From NCBI GenBank assembly GCA_040954595.2, contig CM082597.2, positions 9,579,778-9,643,777 of the forward strand: a DNA stretch of 64,000 bases. Reading direction: 5' to 3'. Positions within the stretch are counted from its first letter, which is position 1. Each line of letters starts with the position of its first letter. This document shows positions 39,101 through 52,200 of the stretch, piece by piece. The notes beneath the pieces were generated by a model, which did no database searches, was not told where the DNA came from, and was given only the letters and a program-made list of their open reading frames with translations. A program made the translations under genes and the position numbers. The stretch is from Balanoglossus misakiensis. Lineage: Eukaryota; Animalia; Hemichordata.

Positions 39101-39789
39101 GTAAGAATTATTCAATGTAAATCTGACAGAATTTTTCATCAAATACCTTCAGACACTAGGATTATCTGACTTGACTTGTGTGTTACAAAATTGACATATC
39201 TGTGAGTCAAGCTCAAACATTAAAAACTAGTTGATCATAGCTCAGAATGATATGAAGATATGGCTGTGGCATATGGCTAGCCGGTCACAAGGTAAAATGA
39301 GCCTAATCTACTTCTCAGGAAATTAGGAACATTCAAGGAGAATTGACTGTGAAATATTTGCTTTGGTATTCTCATGCATGTGATGTTTGCTGTAAAATCC
39401 CCATATTTTATTATTTCCAGTTTCAGCTATAGTCAAAACATTTTGAGGTTTTGAAGTTGATTGTTGCCAATTTACTTTGTAAAATACATGTACGAGATAA
39501 AATGTTACAGTTACTTCTTTTAATGTGTACTTTACAGGAGAAAACCGTTTCCAAAGTCTACACCTGCATAGTGGCTGATGGTATATCACACAGTGTTTTA
39601 CAGGCTGCAGAGACTCTGGGCACTGAACTTGCCAAGAAGTTGCAGAGTGATGGTGCAACTGAAATACTTCGTGTTGCAAAGGCAACCATAGCCAAATCAA
39701 TTCATAAGAGAAAGGCAGAGAATGTTGAGCAAACTGAATCACGTAAAGTTGCTAAACAACAGGCTGCTGATGATGCAAAAAAACAATAA
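30138..39789 (+). CDS. HMBS: Hydroxymethylbilane synthase (porphobilinogen deaminase), join(30138..30182,30439..30511,34576..34759,35513..35590,35696..35771,36860..36973,38501..38713,38996..39100,39538..39789), 379 aa
   Basis: Reads [15 protein letters not shown]|[42 protein letters not shown] (catalytic Asp), [54 protein letters not shown] (cofactor-binding Cys). Phases add to 1140 nt. AATAAA lies at 40126-40131. Confidence 0.95.
30766..30853. repeat. 88-bp near-perfect palindrome (44+44 bp, 3 mismatches, no spacer)
   Basis: TAGCTGCAATGATTGTAGCGGGTGCTGCTAGGTTGACTGGTGTG|CACACCACTCAAGCTATCAGCACCCGCTACAATCATTGCAGCTA. Confidence 0.9.
31122..32249 (+). mobile_element. Solo gag/ORF1-like reading frame of a DIRS/Ngaro-type retrotransposon in HMBS intron 2 (351 codons to TGA 32175-32177; frame continues to TAA 32247-32249)
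   Basis: Intronless ORF, richer in CpG than the flanks. It has a coiled-coil/Ser-rich N-half, then [32 protein letters not shown] and a Cys/His tail ([10 protein letters not shown]...H...V*SAC...H...DCP). I recognise this layout from ORF1 of tyrosine-recombinase retroelements. No RT or recombinase lies downstream. Confidence 0.6.
34035..34517. mobile_element. MITE in HMBS intron 2
   Basis: 21-bp perfect TIRs GGTTCGGCTACACGTTTTACG / CGTAAAACGTGTAGCCGAACC. Confidence 0.75.
35772..36859 (+). other. U12-type (minor spliceosome) GT-AG intron of HMBS
   Basis: The 5' site is GTATCCTTC. A branch-point-like TATCTTAAC (36839-36847) lies 12 nt from the end of the intron, with no polypyrimidine tract. 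The intron joins KFKDV|RGNLNT in phase 0. Confidence 0.85.
37326..38460. mobile_element. Second copy of the Harbinger-type MITE, right TIR lost, in HMBS intron 6
   Basis: Starts TTA|GGGACCGTTCAGTTTTTACGGC and is colinear with 27949-29050. It ends in poly-C runs ~40 nt before the 38500 acceptor. Confidence 0.85.
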
Positions 39790-40433
39790 GAGTTTACAAT
39801 AGAAAATGACAACTCATCAAAATCTGTTGAGAACATACTTGTATTTCTCTCTGTTAGCTCTCAGTGACAGCATAACAGCCACCCACAATTTACAAAGAAC
39901 ATGCTTAATCAAGGTTGTATCCTGGCATCTGCCCAGACAAATTGTTTTGACAGAAATAAAAATTTGCCTTGAGAAAAATTTATGCCAAGTCTCATTTAGT
40001 CTGGAAGCATTTGTTTCATTGGTAGTTTTCTTTTTGCGTGTTTCTTATATGTGCTGATGGCAAGATGACACACAACTGGCTTCTGACAACTGTAGACCAG
40101 TTATTCTATTATCAATCAAATATCAAATAAACATTTATAAAGCACCAGAATCAATAGCAATGTTATTTCCAAGGGCACTGAAAGTTATCATTTGTGTTCA
40201 TAAGCTTTAACAAATAAAAATGTCTTTGAGTTTTGTTTGAAAATGTTAGGACTAGAGGCCTGTTCAATGTCATATGGCAGATAATTCTAAAGTTGTGGCG
40301 CAACAATGGAAAAGGCACGTCCACCATATCTTTTGAGTCTGTAATTTGGAATACACAACTGGTTCTTCTAGCTAGAGTGCACAGCACGACTAGGCTTATA
40401 TGGCTTGATCAGATCTTGAATGTAGACTGAGGC

Positions 40434-40547
40434 CAATCTGATTAAAATCAGATGTAGGGAACGGCGACTTGATTTTTTATGCTGTGAGGAGGCGACAGCA
40501 TAAAAAAAACACGTCGCCGTTCCCTACATCTGATTTTAATCAGATTG
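40434..40547. mobile_element. Mutator-like mini-element with 9-bp TSD GACTGAGGC
   Basis: Same termini as 24997-25117. GACTGAGGC lies at 40425-40433 and 40548-40556. Confidence 0.9.
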
Positions 40548-41039
40548 GACTGAGGCAAGACGGTTGAGGGCCTTGTTTGTTTAGTAGTAGAACTTTGTAA
40601 TCAATTCTGTGTTGAACTGGCAACCAATGACCAATGAAGAGTAAAAGCTTGTTTAATTCTCACTAAAAGTTTTGACACGGGTGCTATGCCATTGTTTACT
40701 CTCTGCAAACACAGGGGATTAGCCCACAGAATCTCTGTGCGTCCACACACCGTCTAAATGGCCATGTTTAGCAACACGGCAACTAACAAAATTGAGGACG
40801 TCGAGGACATTACAGCAACATGTTTCAGTTTCTATACCTGCATATGCGTTCTAGACGACTTTGTGACAGTTTTGATAATGTTTAGAAGTAAATGAATGTT
40901 AATCCATAAATGGAAAATGCCTCAGCTTTTCGGTGATCGAGAGAACCTTCTGAAAGTTGGTAGCAGACAGAAGTGTTGCAGACCTGGCAAACCTTGAATG
41001 GTTGGAAAACGTGCCAGTGAGAACGCCCTATAAGAAGAA

Positions 41040-41600
41040 CTGGCGATATGTGGTTTGATCTCTCGAACAAGTAATAATTCTGGCTGCAATACTTTGTGCT
41101 TTTTGAATAGACAAACACTGGATTCATGAAGTCAGTACAGCAATGCATTGCAGTAATCCAGTTTAGAGGACAATACGGCATGTATTATTGTGCGACAACT
41201 TCCCTTACTGAGATATCTTCTGATGGATCCAATTTGACGTAAGTTGGCATATATCGACTGACAGGTTATTTGAATATGCTTGTGAAACATGTGAATATTG
41301 TCGAAGGTAACTCCAATGTTGCGTGCAGATTTAACTGGTTGTATTGTACTTGAGCCAATGGTGATTCGGTCAAAAGGAACTGGAGAATGGTTTAACTTTG
41401 AACGAATGAGAATAACTTCTGTTTTGGAGTCATTGAGTTACAACATGTTTTCCGTCATCCAGTGCATGATGTCACTGACAGAGGATGATGAATCAGTTTG
41501 GGAGATGGGCAGGTATATTTGATTGTCATCTGCGAATTGATGAACTTCCAGGTTACATTGACGAATAAGTTGGAGAGATGTATATGGTGAACAAAGTGGT
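41040..41600 (-). mobile_element. Degenerate L2-clade LINE fragment
   Basis: Minus strand reads YTSLQLIRQCNLEVHQFADDNQIY..WMTENML, then NDSKTEVILIRSK and SARNIGVTFDN in shifted frames. Confidence 0.7.
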
Positions 41601-42884
41601 AAGTGCATACAAAAATCATAACACATGACGTCATCGGAAGGCAAATGTAACGTTGGACAGTTGTCTCTTGTGATTGATAGACCCGGCACAGCTGACAGTA
41701 GAAACTTCTTCAGTCTACCGGGACTTCTGGCCCATTCTTTAGGTTAGGTTAGGTTAGGTTTAATAGGCAGGTACTGAACGCAGGCTTGTGAGCCTCTATA
41801 TTCAGCTCCATATCAGTCCATTGTTGAGGTAGTTTTGTCCAATCTGGTTTGCATGATGTAGGGTTCGGAGTACCGGTAGTTGTATTTCATTGGCCGTTTT
41901 GCCAAAAAATTGTCAAGACGATTCTTGAAGGAGTTCACAGAGTTTGCGGTGACAACTTGGGCTGGTAGATTGTTCCAAATTGCAGCTATCCTATTTGTGA
42001 AAAAAATTCTTCTAGTGTTCAGTTTGCAGTGTCCTATGTCAACTTTCAACGGATGACCTCTGGTGTGTTTGTGCAAACTGAGACTGAATAGTCCTTCCGA
42101 TACTCGGCAGTCATAAACGCCACTCAAGATTTTAAAAGTTTCAATGAGGTCGCCACGTAGTCTTCGATATGACAGTGATGGCAGATCAAGTAACTTGAGA
42201 CGTTCTTCATAAGAAATATTATTGAGTCCGGGCAGCTCTGCGTTGAACGTTCTCAATACAGTCAATATCCTTTGCTTTATGCGGATTCCACACACAACCG
42301 CCATATTCCAGAACAGGGCGAACTAAAGCTATAAATAGTAGCTTGAAAATGTCGTTATTGAGATAGTTGAAAGTTCTCCTGATGAGTCCAACAATTTTAT
42401 TGGCTTTGGTCACTTGGGTTTGGATGTGCTTCTCAAAATTTAAGTTACTGTCCACTATGACGCCAATGTGATATTTGTGTTCCACCTGGACGGCGCATAT
42501 TGTAAGAAGTAGTATTTGTTGACTTATTTTTGCTGTGAATTGGTAAAACTTTGCACTTGTCGGGGTGAAATTTGAGCAGCCAATCGTTGCTCCATTGGGA
42601 AAGACGAGTTTTAGGTCACTCTGAATTTGTGATGAGTCAGCAGCTGTCTTGATCACGTTGTAGATTTTTGTGTCGTCAGCAAATAAATATACATTGGATG
42701 CTACACAATCAGGTAGATCGTTAATGAAAATAACAAACAGGATGGGTCCGAGTACAGATCCTTGCGGGACACCACTAATAACATGGTGCCACGAGGAAAA
42801 TTGGCCATTCACACTTTTTTGTAAACACGTTGACTGCGGTTTCTCAAGAACTCCTGAATCCATTTGCAAGTTGTGGGGCTAATA

Positions 42885-44549
42885 CACCCCCTAGACCAGT
42901 ACCCGGTCGGTACCATTACCCGGTCACTTCGCGGAAAAGTCGTTCCTCATTTTTTCTCACGATATCTACGCGATATTCAAGAGTCGCAAGAGATGCGCAC
43001 AATCGATCATTTCCTTCACACTACACATTTTACGGTAGCTACGCAAGAGCCGCACTTTAAAAGTCGGCCTGTCGTCAATATTTTTGAGCTTTTCCACCAA
43101 AATTGCTGTTCTAGTACTTGTCGAGTCATCATGAACAAGTTCATGTATCAGATTTTAAAATTGGCGCAAACATTAACGCGCCTTTCGCGTACATCGGGAG
43201 GGATGCTTTAGACCGGTAAGCCGGTCATTTGGACTTGTCATAGAAAAGGCGTGCACTGTGGGCTAGTAAGGGAGCATTCGTTTTTTACAGGGAGGGGGGG
43301 GGGGCGGTGGAAATCAGGGGGGGGTTTACTTTTACAAAGCAGTTTTTAGGGGGGGGACAAATTTTATAATCAATGGTTTGGGGGGGGGGACAATTTTTAC
43401 AACAGATTTGTATGGAATTATAGCAAACTTTGACGACTAAATGTTTATTTTGAGTCCGCAAAAATGCAGTTTCGCGCCCTTTATTTTACAAAATTTTCTA
43501 ATTCTAATTTCTAATTTTCACACCCACCCCCTCCATTCATCAACACCTTTCAATCATTGACTGGTTTATCTATAGTGTCCCAGGTCAGGGGACTTGCCCC
43601 CACCCCATGATAACTTTGAGCGGCGACGGTTAAATTTGTCCTCCCCAACATACCGGTAGTTGAGTTAATTTGCTTTTGCCGGGTTCATTAAAATGCAGCT
43701 TTGAGCTCTGTATTTTACAAAATTTTCTAACGTGGGAGGGGGACACCCCCTCCCAAACCCACCCCCTTCAATTCTCGGTTTACAATGTCTCCCAACACAG
43801 AATACAAATACTTAAAAAATAAAAACCATGTTCAGTTTTAATACCCACTGATGAGGGGAAACATCAGTTTCAAATTCTTTTCATGGGAGTGCTGTTTTTC
43901 TTTTTTTACTAGATAGAATGAATGTAATTCTGAATAGAATCATATGTCAACAATAACAATGGTCAGTCTAAATATCTGACAAAGTTTGATAAGTTTAATC
44001 CGGTGGATAAACTTTTTTTTTTTGGGGGGGGGGGTCACATTTTACAATTGAAGAATTTAGGGGGGGACACATTTTAGAAAAGTAATTTCGAGGGGGGGTT
44101 GCCTTTTACATTTAGTCGGCGACTCAAATTCCACCGCCCCCCCCCCTCCCTGTAAAAAACGAATGCTCCCTAAGTCCCGACTTCCCGGCCGTGGTGGGGT
44201 CGACTTCGTAGCTTTTTTCTTTGAATGAAAGTCCTATATTCATGATTCTACTGATAAGGAGCCAAATACTATACGAGAATATGTATTCTATTTGAATCTA
44301 GCTGTGTTTGTGCAACTGATGCTAAGTGGCCGGAGTACTGGTCCAATTGACCGCGTACAGGTCTAGTGACACCGATCGTTTGGGAATGTCTTTTACCTTG
44401 ACCTTTGTCAACTTGACCCGGATTTGTGGTTTTTTCTATTGTCAGTCCTCCAGTGCTTAAAATATATGGCGTTGTTGTAGTATCGGAGTTGCCGATGAAG
44501 CGCGAGTATCGTTTTTAATAAAAGTGACCGGATACTGGTCTAGGGGGTG
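42885..44549. mobile_element. Non-autonomous DNA transposon (CAC...GTG ends, TA TSD) inserted in the CR1 LINE
   Basis: TA|CACCCCCTAGACCAGTA ... TACTGGTCTAGGGGGTG|TA. Confidence 0.8.
43270..44170. mobile_element. PIF/Harbinger-type MITE (second family), nested
   Basis: TAA|GGGAGCATTCGTTTTTTACAGGGAGGGG ... CCCCTCCCTGTAAAAAACGAATGCTCCC|TAA. Confidence 0.85.
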
Positions 44550-45559
44550 TAGATCATATTTATCCATATGCGAGACGATTTTCTTTCGAACAAGTTTCTC
44601 CATTGTCTTACAAATGATACTGGTCAAGCTGATAGGTCTGTAATTAGACGGAGATTTCTTGTTTCCCTTCTTGAAGAGCGCTGATATTTGAGCTTCTTTC
44701 CATGCTTTCGGTACAACACCAGAAAAGAAGGATTTGTTGAAAATAATAGTAAGTGGTAAATCAATAACGTAAGCAAGTGCATTCAAAATTTTGGGATGAA
44801 CTCCATCAGGGCCAGGAGATTTTGTCACATGAAGATGCAGAAGGAATCTCCTTACTTCTAACTTTGTAAAAGGACTGTCACTGGAAATGATGTCTTCGTG
44901 GTTGCCATTGAGAACTGGAAAATTGTCAATGCTCTCGTCTTCAGAGGAGAAAACACTGCTGAAGAAGTTGGCTGGAAATTCTGCTTTCTCTTTATCACTT
45001 CTTGCAGTGAGCAGCTGCCCATTTTCAGTAACTTGAAGCTCTGAGATTCCTGATTTTACTTTCCTCTTTGAGTTGACGTAGTGCCAGAAGATTTTACAGT
45101 TAGTTTTGATAGATTCCGCTATACTTTTCTCACGTGCTTTTCTGTCGTTCTTATTGCAACAATGCTCTTCAGTTTGTTTCTGGCCTTGCAGTATTCACGG
45201 TATTTCACAGGGTCTCTAGATTCCATATATCTTTTCCAAAGCCTATATGTTTCCGTTTTATACATTTCACAGTTTTTGGGTCCAATGGTGGACGATTACA
45301 TGATCATTCTTCTTCATAGTGGCATAACCAGCATTTCAGGAATAATATTTCCATTCTGAGGACTGGGCGCTCTTTCCAAACAACGCAACGAAAGTTCACA
45401 ACATGGCACCCACTTCATTTTTTGTCGCGTATAAATAACCATGATACTTTTTCATGATCACTTCGTCTCACCTGACAGGACAACGAAGATTGTCAAGGAA
45501 TTAGTTTTCAGACACTAGGAAGTTCAAGTTGATGCGCGTGTCTGCTGCAAAATTTGGGT

Positions 45560-45960
45560 AGTTTATGTGAAACTTTAACATATGAACAAACTTGGCTGAA
45601 AAAAATATATAATGATACAAGAAAATGTGGAATACAGAAGAACAAGCTCCGAACTTATAGACTATATTTACATTTGAATTTGAAAGTGATTGGTTAGATA
45701 TAAGATCTGTTACTAATAGGAAGTGGCTAACAAAACTTAGAATTTCGGATCATAACCTTCAAATAGAATTGGGTAGAAGCTAGGTCAATTCCAAAAGTTC
45801 CTGCAAATGAAAGATTCTGCAAACATTGCAAGTCTTTAGTTGAGGACGAATTTCACTTTGTTATAGAATGTCTAAAATTTTCATCCACATTGCAAGTTTA
45901 TATAATCCTGGCTTTCTTGAGTTAAATGAAAGAGAAAAGTTTATATCTTACAAAACTAAA
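45560..45960 (+). mobile_element. 3' fragment of an RTE-X-like non-LTR retrotransposon
   Basis: Degenerate frame NKLRTYR...LTKLRISDHNLQIELGR...ERFCKHCKSLVEDEFHFVIEC, a C-terminal CCHC knuckle of LINE ORF2. Confidence 0.7.
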
Positions 45961-46233
45961 CTCCCTCTTGTGAAGTTTGTATCTATATTATTTTAGTTCC
46001 ACCCCCAGCAGCTTCGTCCAGTTGAGTTGTGTAAATGCCGCACCAATTTAATCAACATCCATACAAACAGTACGCTATCATGGTATGCGTCGACAAGAGA
46101 TGACAGACTGATGCAAATGCATGTAATGTGGCTATATAGTGACGATTTTAGAATACAGGGGTTATACTGGTAGTTGAAATATTTTACTTTAGAAAAAATA
46201 TATGTGAAATTGGGCAGCTATAGGGGCTTGATT

Positions 46234-49200
46234 GGCAATGGGAGTATAGATGGCAGGATGGATCGAGGGCAATGGGAGTATAGATGGCAGGATGGATCGA
46301 GGGCAACGGGAGTATAGATGGCAGGATGGATCGAGGGCAATGGGAGTATAGATGGCAGGATGGATCGAGGGCAACGGGAGTGTAGATGGCAGGATGGATC
46401 GAGGGCAACGGGAGTGAAGATGGCAGGATGGATCGAGGGCAACGGGAGTATAGATGGCAGGATGGATCGAGGGCAATGGGAGTATAGATGGCAGGATGGA
46501 TCGAGGGCAATGGGAGTATAGATGGCAGGATGGATCGAGGGCAACGGGAGTGTAGATGGCAGGATGGATCGAGGGCAACGGGAGTGAAGATGGCAGGATG
46601 GATCGAGGGCAATGGGAGTATAGATGGCAGGATGGATCGAGGGCAATGGGAGTATAGATGGCAGGATGGATCGAGGGCAATGGGAGTGAAGATGGCAGGA
46701 TGGATCGAGGGCAACGGGAGTATAGATGGCAGGATGGATCGAGGGCAATGGGAGTATAGATGGCAGGATGGATCGAGGGCAACGGGAGTATAGATGGCAG
46801 GATGGATCGAGGGCAATGGGAGTATAGATGGCAGGATGGATCGAGGGCAATGGGAGTATAGATGGCAGGATGGATCGAGGGCAACGGGAGTGTAGATGGC
46901 AGGATGGATCGAGGGCAACGGGAGTGAAGATGGCAGGATGGATCGAGGGCAATGGGAGTATAGATGGCAGGATGGATCGAGGGCAATGGGAGTATAGATG
47001 GCAGGATGGATCGAGGGCAATGGGAGTATAGATGGAAGGATGGATCGAGGGCAATGGGAGTATAGATGGCATGATGGATGGATCGACCATGGGAGTATAG
47101 ATGGCAGGATGGATCGAGGGCAATGGGAGTATAGATGGCAGGATGGATGGATCGAGGGCAATGGGAGTATAGATGGCAGGATGGATCGAGGGCAATGGGA
47201 GTATAGATGGCAGGATTGATCGAGGACAATGGGAGTATAGATGGCAGGATGGATCGAGGGCAATGGGAGTATAGATGGCAGGATGGATCGAGGGCAATGG
47301 GAGGGCAATGGGAGTATAGATGGCAGGATGGATCGAGGGCAATGGGAGTGTAGATGGCAGGATGGATCGAGGGCAATGGGAGTATAGATGGCAGGATGGA
47401 TGGATCGAGGGCAATGGGAGTATAGATGGCAGGATGGATCGAGGGCAATGGGAGTATAGATGGCAGGATGGATGGATCGAGGGCAATGGGAGTATAGATG
47501 GCAGGATGGATGGATCGAGGGCAATGGGAGTATAGATGGCAGGATGGATCGAGGGCAATGGGAGTATAGATGGCAGGATGGATCGAGGGCAATGGGAGTA
47601 TAGATGGCAGGATGGATGGATCGAGGGCAATGGGAGTATAGATGGCAGGATGGATCGAGGGCAATGGGAGTATAGATGGCAGGATGGATCGAGGGCAATG
47701 GGAGTATAGATGGCAGGATGGATCGAGGGCAATGGGAGTATAGATGGCAGGATGGATGGATCGAGGGCAATGGGAGTATAGATGGCAGGATAGATGGATC
47801 GAGGGCAATGGGAGTATAGATGGCAGGATGGATGGATCGAGGGCAATGGGAGTATAGATGGCAGGATGGATGGATCGAGGGCAATGGGAGTATAGATGGC
47901 AGGATGGATAGATCGAGGGCAATGGGAGTATAGATGGCAGGATGGATGGATCGAGGGCAATGGGAGTATAGATGGCAGGATGGATGGATCGAGGGCAATG
48001 GGAGTATAGATGGCAGGATGGATAGATCGAGGGCAATGGGAGTATAGATGGCAGGATGGATGGATCGAGGGCAATGGGAGTATAGATGGCAGGATGGATG
48101 GATCGAGGGCAATGGGAGTATAGATGGCAGGATGGATCGAGGGCAATGGGAGTATAGATGGCAGGATGGATCGAGGGCAATGGGAGTATAGATGGCAGGA
48201 TGGATGGATCGAGGGCAATGGGAGTATAGATGGCAGGATGGATGGATCGAGGGCAATGGGAGTATAGATGGCAGGATGGATCGAGGGCAATGGGAGTATA
48301 GATGGCAGGATGGATCGAGGGCAATGGGAGTATAGATGGCAGGATGGATCGAGGGCAATGGGAGTATAGATGGCAGGATGGATGGATCGAGGGCAATGGG
48401 AGTATAGATGGCAGGATGGATCGAGGGCAATGGGAGTATAGATGGCAGGATGGATCGAGGGCAATGGGAGTATAGATGGCAGGATGGATCGAGGGCAATG
48501 GGAGTGTAGATGGCAGGATGGATCGAGGGCAATGGGAGGGCAATGGGAGTATAGATGGCAGGATGGATCGAGGGCAATGGGAGTGTAGATGGCAGGATGG
48601 ATCGAGGGCAATGGGAGTATAGATGGCAGGATGGATGGATCGAGGGCAATGGGAGTATAGATGGCAGGATGGATCGAGGGCAATGGGAGTATAGATGGCA
48701 GGATGGGTCGAGGGCAATGGGAGTATAGATGGCAGGATGGATCGAGGGCAATGGGAGTATAGATGGCAGGATGGATCGAGGGCAATGGGAGTATAGATGG
48801 CAGGATGGATCGAGGGCAATGGGAGTATAGATGGCAGGATGGATCAAGGGCAATGGGAGTATAGATGGCAGGATGGATGGATCGAGGGCAATGGGAGTAT
48901 AGATGGCAGGATGGATGGATCGAGGGCAATGGGAGTATAGATGGCAGGATGGATCGAGGGCAATGGGAGTATAGATGGCAGGATGGATGGATCGAGGGCA
49001 ATGGGAGTATAGATGGCAGGATGGATCGAGGGCAATGGGAGTATAGATGGCAGGATGGATCGAGGGCAATGGGAGTATAGATGGCAGGATGGATCAAGGG
49101 CAATGGGAGTATAGATGGCAGGATGGATGGATCGAGGGCAATGGGAGTATAGATGGCAGGATGGATCGAGGGCAATGGGAGTATAGATGGCAGGATGGAT

Positions 49201-52200
49201 CAAGGGCAATGGGAGTATAGATGGCAGGATGGATCGAGGGCAATGGGAGTATAGATGGCAGGATGGATGGATCGAGGGCAATGGGAGTATAGATGGCAGG
49301 ATGGATCGAGGGCAATGGGAGTATAGATGGCAGGATGGATCGAGGGCAATGGGAGTATAGATGGCAGGATGGATCGAGGGCAATGGGAGTATAGATGGCA
49401 GGATGGATGGATCGAGGGCAATGGGAGTATAGATGGCAGGATGGATGGATCGAGGGCAATGGGAGTATAGATGGCAGGATGGATCGAGGGCAATGGGAGT
49501 ATAGATGGCAGGATGGATCAAGGGCAATGGGAGTATAGATGGCAGGATGGATGGATCGAGGGCAATGGGAGTATAGATGGCAGGATGGATCGAGGGCAAT
49601 GGGAGTATAGATGGCAGGATGGATCGAGGGCAATGGGAGTATAGATGGCAGGATGGATGGATCGAGGGCAATGGGAGTATAGATGGCAGGATGGATAGAT
49701 CGAGGGCAATGGGAGTATAGATGGCAGGATGGATGGATCGAGGGCAATGGGAGTATAGATGGCAGGATGGATGGATCGAGGGCAATGGGAGTATAGATGG
49801 CAGGATGGATAGATCGAGGGCAATGGGAGTATAGATGGCAGGATGGATGATCGAGGGCAATGGGAGTATAGATGGCAGGATGGATGGATCGAGGGCAATG
49901 GGAGTATAGATGGCAGGATGGATCGAGGGCAATGGGAGTATAGATGGCAGGATGGATCGAGGGCAATGGGAGTATAGATGGCAGGATGGGTGGATCGAGG
50001 GCAATAGGAGTATAGATGGCAGGATGGATCGAGGGCAATGGGAGTATAGATGGCAGGATGGATGGATCGAGGGCAATAGGAGTATAGATGGCAGGATGGA
50101 TCGAGGGCAATGGGAGTATAGATGGCAGGATGGATCGAGGGCAATGGGAGTATAGATGGCAGGATGGATGGATCGAGGGCAATGGGAGTATAGATGGCAG
50201 GATGGATCGAGGGCAATGGGAGTATAGATGGCAGGATGGATCGAGGGCAATGGGAGTATAGATGGCAGGATGGATGGATCGAGGGCAATGGGAGTATAGA
50301 TGGCAGGATGGATGGATCGAGGGTAATGGGAGTATAGATGGCAGGATGGATGGATCGAGGGCAATGGGAGTATAGATGGCAGGATGGATCGAGGGCAATG
50401 GGAGTATAGATGGCAGGATGGATCGAGGGCAATGGGAGTATAGATGGCAGGATGGATGGATCGAGGGCAATGGGAGTATAGATGGCAGGATGGATGGATC
50501 GAGGGCAATGGGAGTATAGATGGCAGGATGGATGGATCGAGGGCAATGGGAGTATAGATGGCAGGATGGATCGAGGGCAATGGGAGTATAGATGGCAGGA
50601 TGGATCGAGGGCAATGGGAGTATAGATGGCAGGATGGATGGATCGAGGGCAATGGGAGTATAGATGGCAGGATGGATCGAGGGCAATGGGAGTATAGATG
50701 GCAGGATGGATCGAGGGCAATGGGAGTATAGATGGCAGGATGGATGGATCGAGGGCAATGGGAGTATAGATGGCAGGATGGATCGAGGGCAATGGGAGTA
50801 TAGATGGCAGGATGGATGGATCGAGGGCAATGGGAGTATAGATGGCAGGATGGATCGAGGGCAATGGGAGTATAGATGGCAGGATGGATCGAGGGCAATG
50901 GGAGTATAGATGGCAGGATGGATCGAGGGCAATGGGAGTATAGATGGCAGGATGGATCGAGGGCAATGGGAGTATAGATGGCAGGATGGATCGAGGGCAA
51001 TGGGAGTATAGATGGCAGGATGGATGGATCGAGGGCAATGGGAGTATAGATGGCAGGATGGATCGAGGGCAATGGGAGTATAGATGGCAGGATGGATCGA
51101 GGGCAATGGGAGTATAGATGGCAGGATGGATCGAGGGCAATGGGAGTATAGATTGCAGGATGGATCGAGGGCAATGGGAGTATAGATGGCAGGATGGATC
51201 GAGGGCAATGGGAGTATAGATGGCAGGATGGATGGATCGAGGGCAATGGGAGTATAGATGGCAGGATGGATCGAGGGCAATGGGAGTATAGATGGCAGGA
51301 TGGATCGAGGGCAATGGGAGTATAGATGGCAGGATGGATAGATCGAGGGCAATGGGAGTATAGATGGCAGGATGGATGGATCGAGGGCAATGGGAGTATA
51401 GATGGCAGGATGGATGGATCGAGGGCAATGGGAGTATAGATGGCGGGATGGATCGAGGGCAATGGGAGTATAGATGGCAGGATGGATCGAGGGCAATGGG
51501 AGTATAGATGGCAGGATGGATGGATCGAGGGCAATGGGAGTATAGATGGCAGGATGGATCGAGGGCAATGGGAGTATAGATGGCAGGATGGATGGATCGA
51601 GGGCAATGGGAGTATAGATGGCAGGATGGATCGAGGGCAATGGGAGTATAGATGGCAGGATGGATGGATCGAGGGCAATGGGAGTATAGATGGCAGGATG
51701 GATCGAGGGCAATGGGAGTATAGATGGCAGGATGGATCGAGGGCAATGGGAGTATAGATGGCAGGATGGATCGAGGGCAATGGGAGTATAGATGGCAGGA
51801 TGGATCGAGGGCAATGGGAGTATAGATGGCAGGATGGATCGAGGGCAATGGGAGTATAGATGGCAGGATGGATGGATCGAGGGCAATGGGAGTATAGATG
51901 GCAGGATGGATCGAGGGCAATGGGAGTATAGATGGCAGGATGGATCGAGGGCAATGGGAGTATAGATGGCAGGATGGATAGATCGAGGGCAATGGGAGTA
52001 TAGATGGCAGGATGGATGGATCGAGGGCAATGGGAGTATAGATGGCAGGATGGATCGAGGGCAATGGGAGTGTAGATGGCGGGATGGATCGAGGGCAATG
52101 GGAGTGTAGATGGCGGGATGGATCGAGGGCAATGGGAGTATAGATGGCAGGATGGATCGAGGGCAATGGGAGTATAGATGGCAGGATGGATGGATCGAGG

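Larger units (their letters stand above)
41738..45300 (-). mobile_element. CR1-clade LINE (frameshifted, 5'-truncated) with (AACCT)n tail, split by a nested DNA transposon
   Basis: KSPGPDGVHP..NYRPISLTSIICK (44560-44830), SGVPQGSVLGPILF..FADDTK, VRPVLEY..VWNP, SYEERLKLLDLPSLSYRRLRGDLIETFK, TRGH, WNNLP...FKNRLD. The + strand shows (TTAGG)4 at 41738-41758 at the 3' end. Confidence 0.9.

Noticed and set aside
41738-41760. (TTAGG)n as interstitial telomere
   Set aside because: Only four units, positioned exactly at the 3' end of a CR1 LINE, whose tails are typically short tandem repeats.
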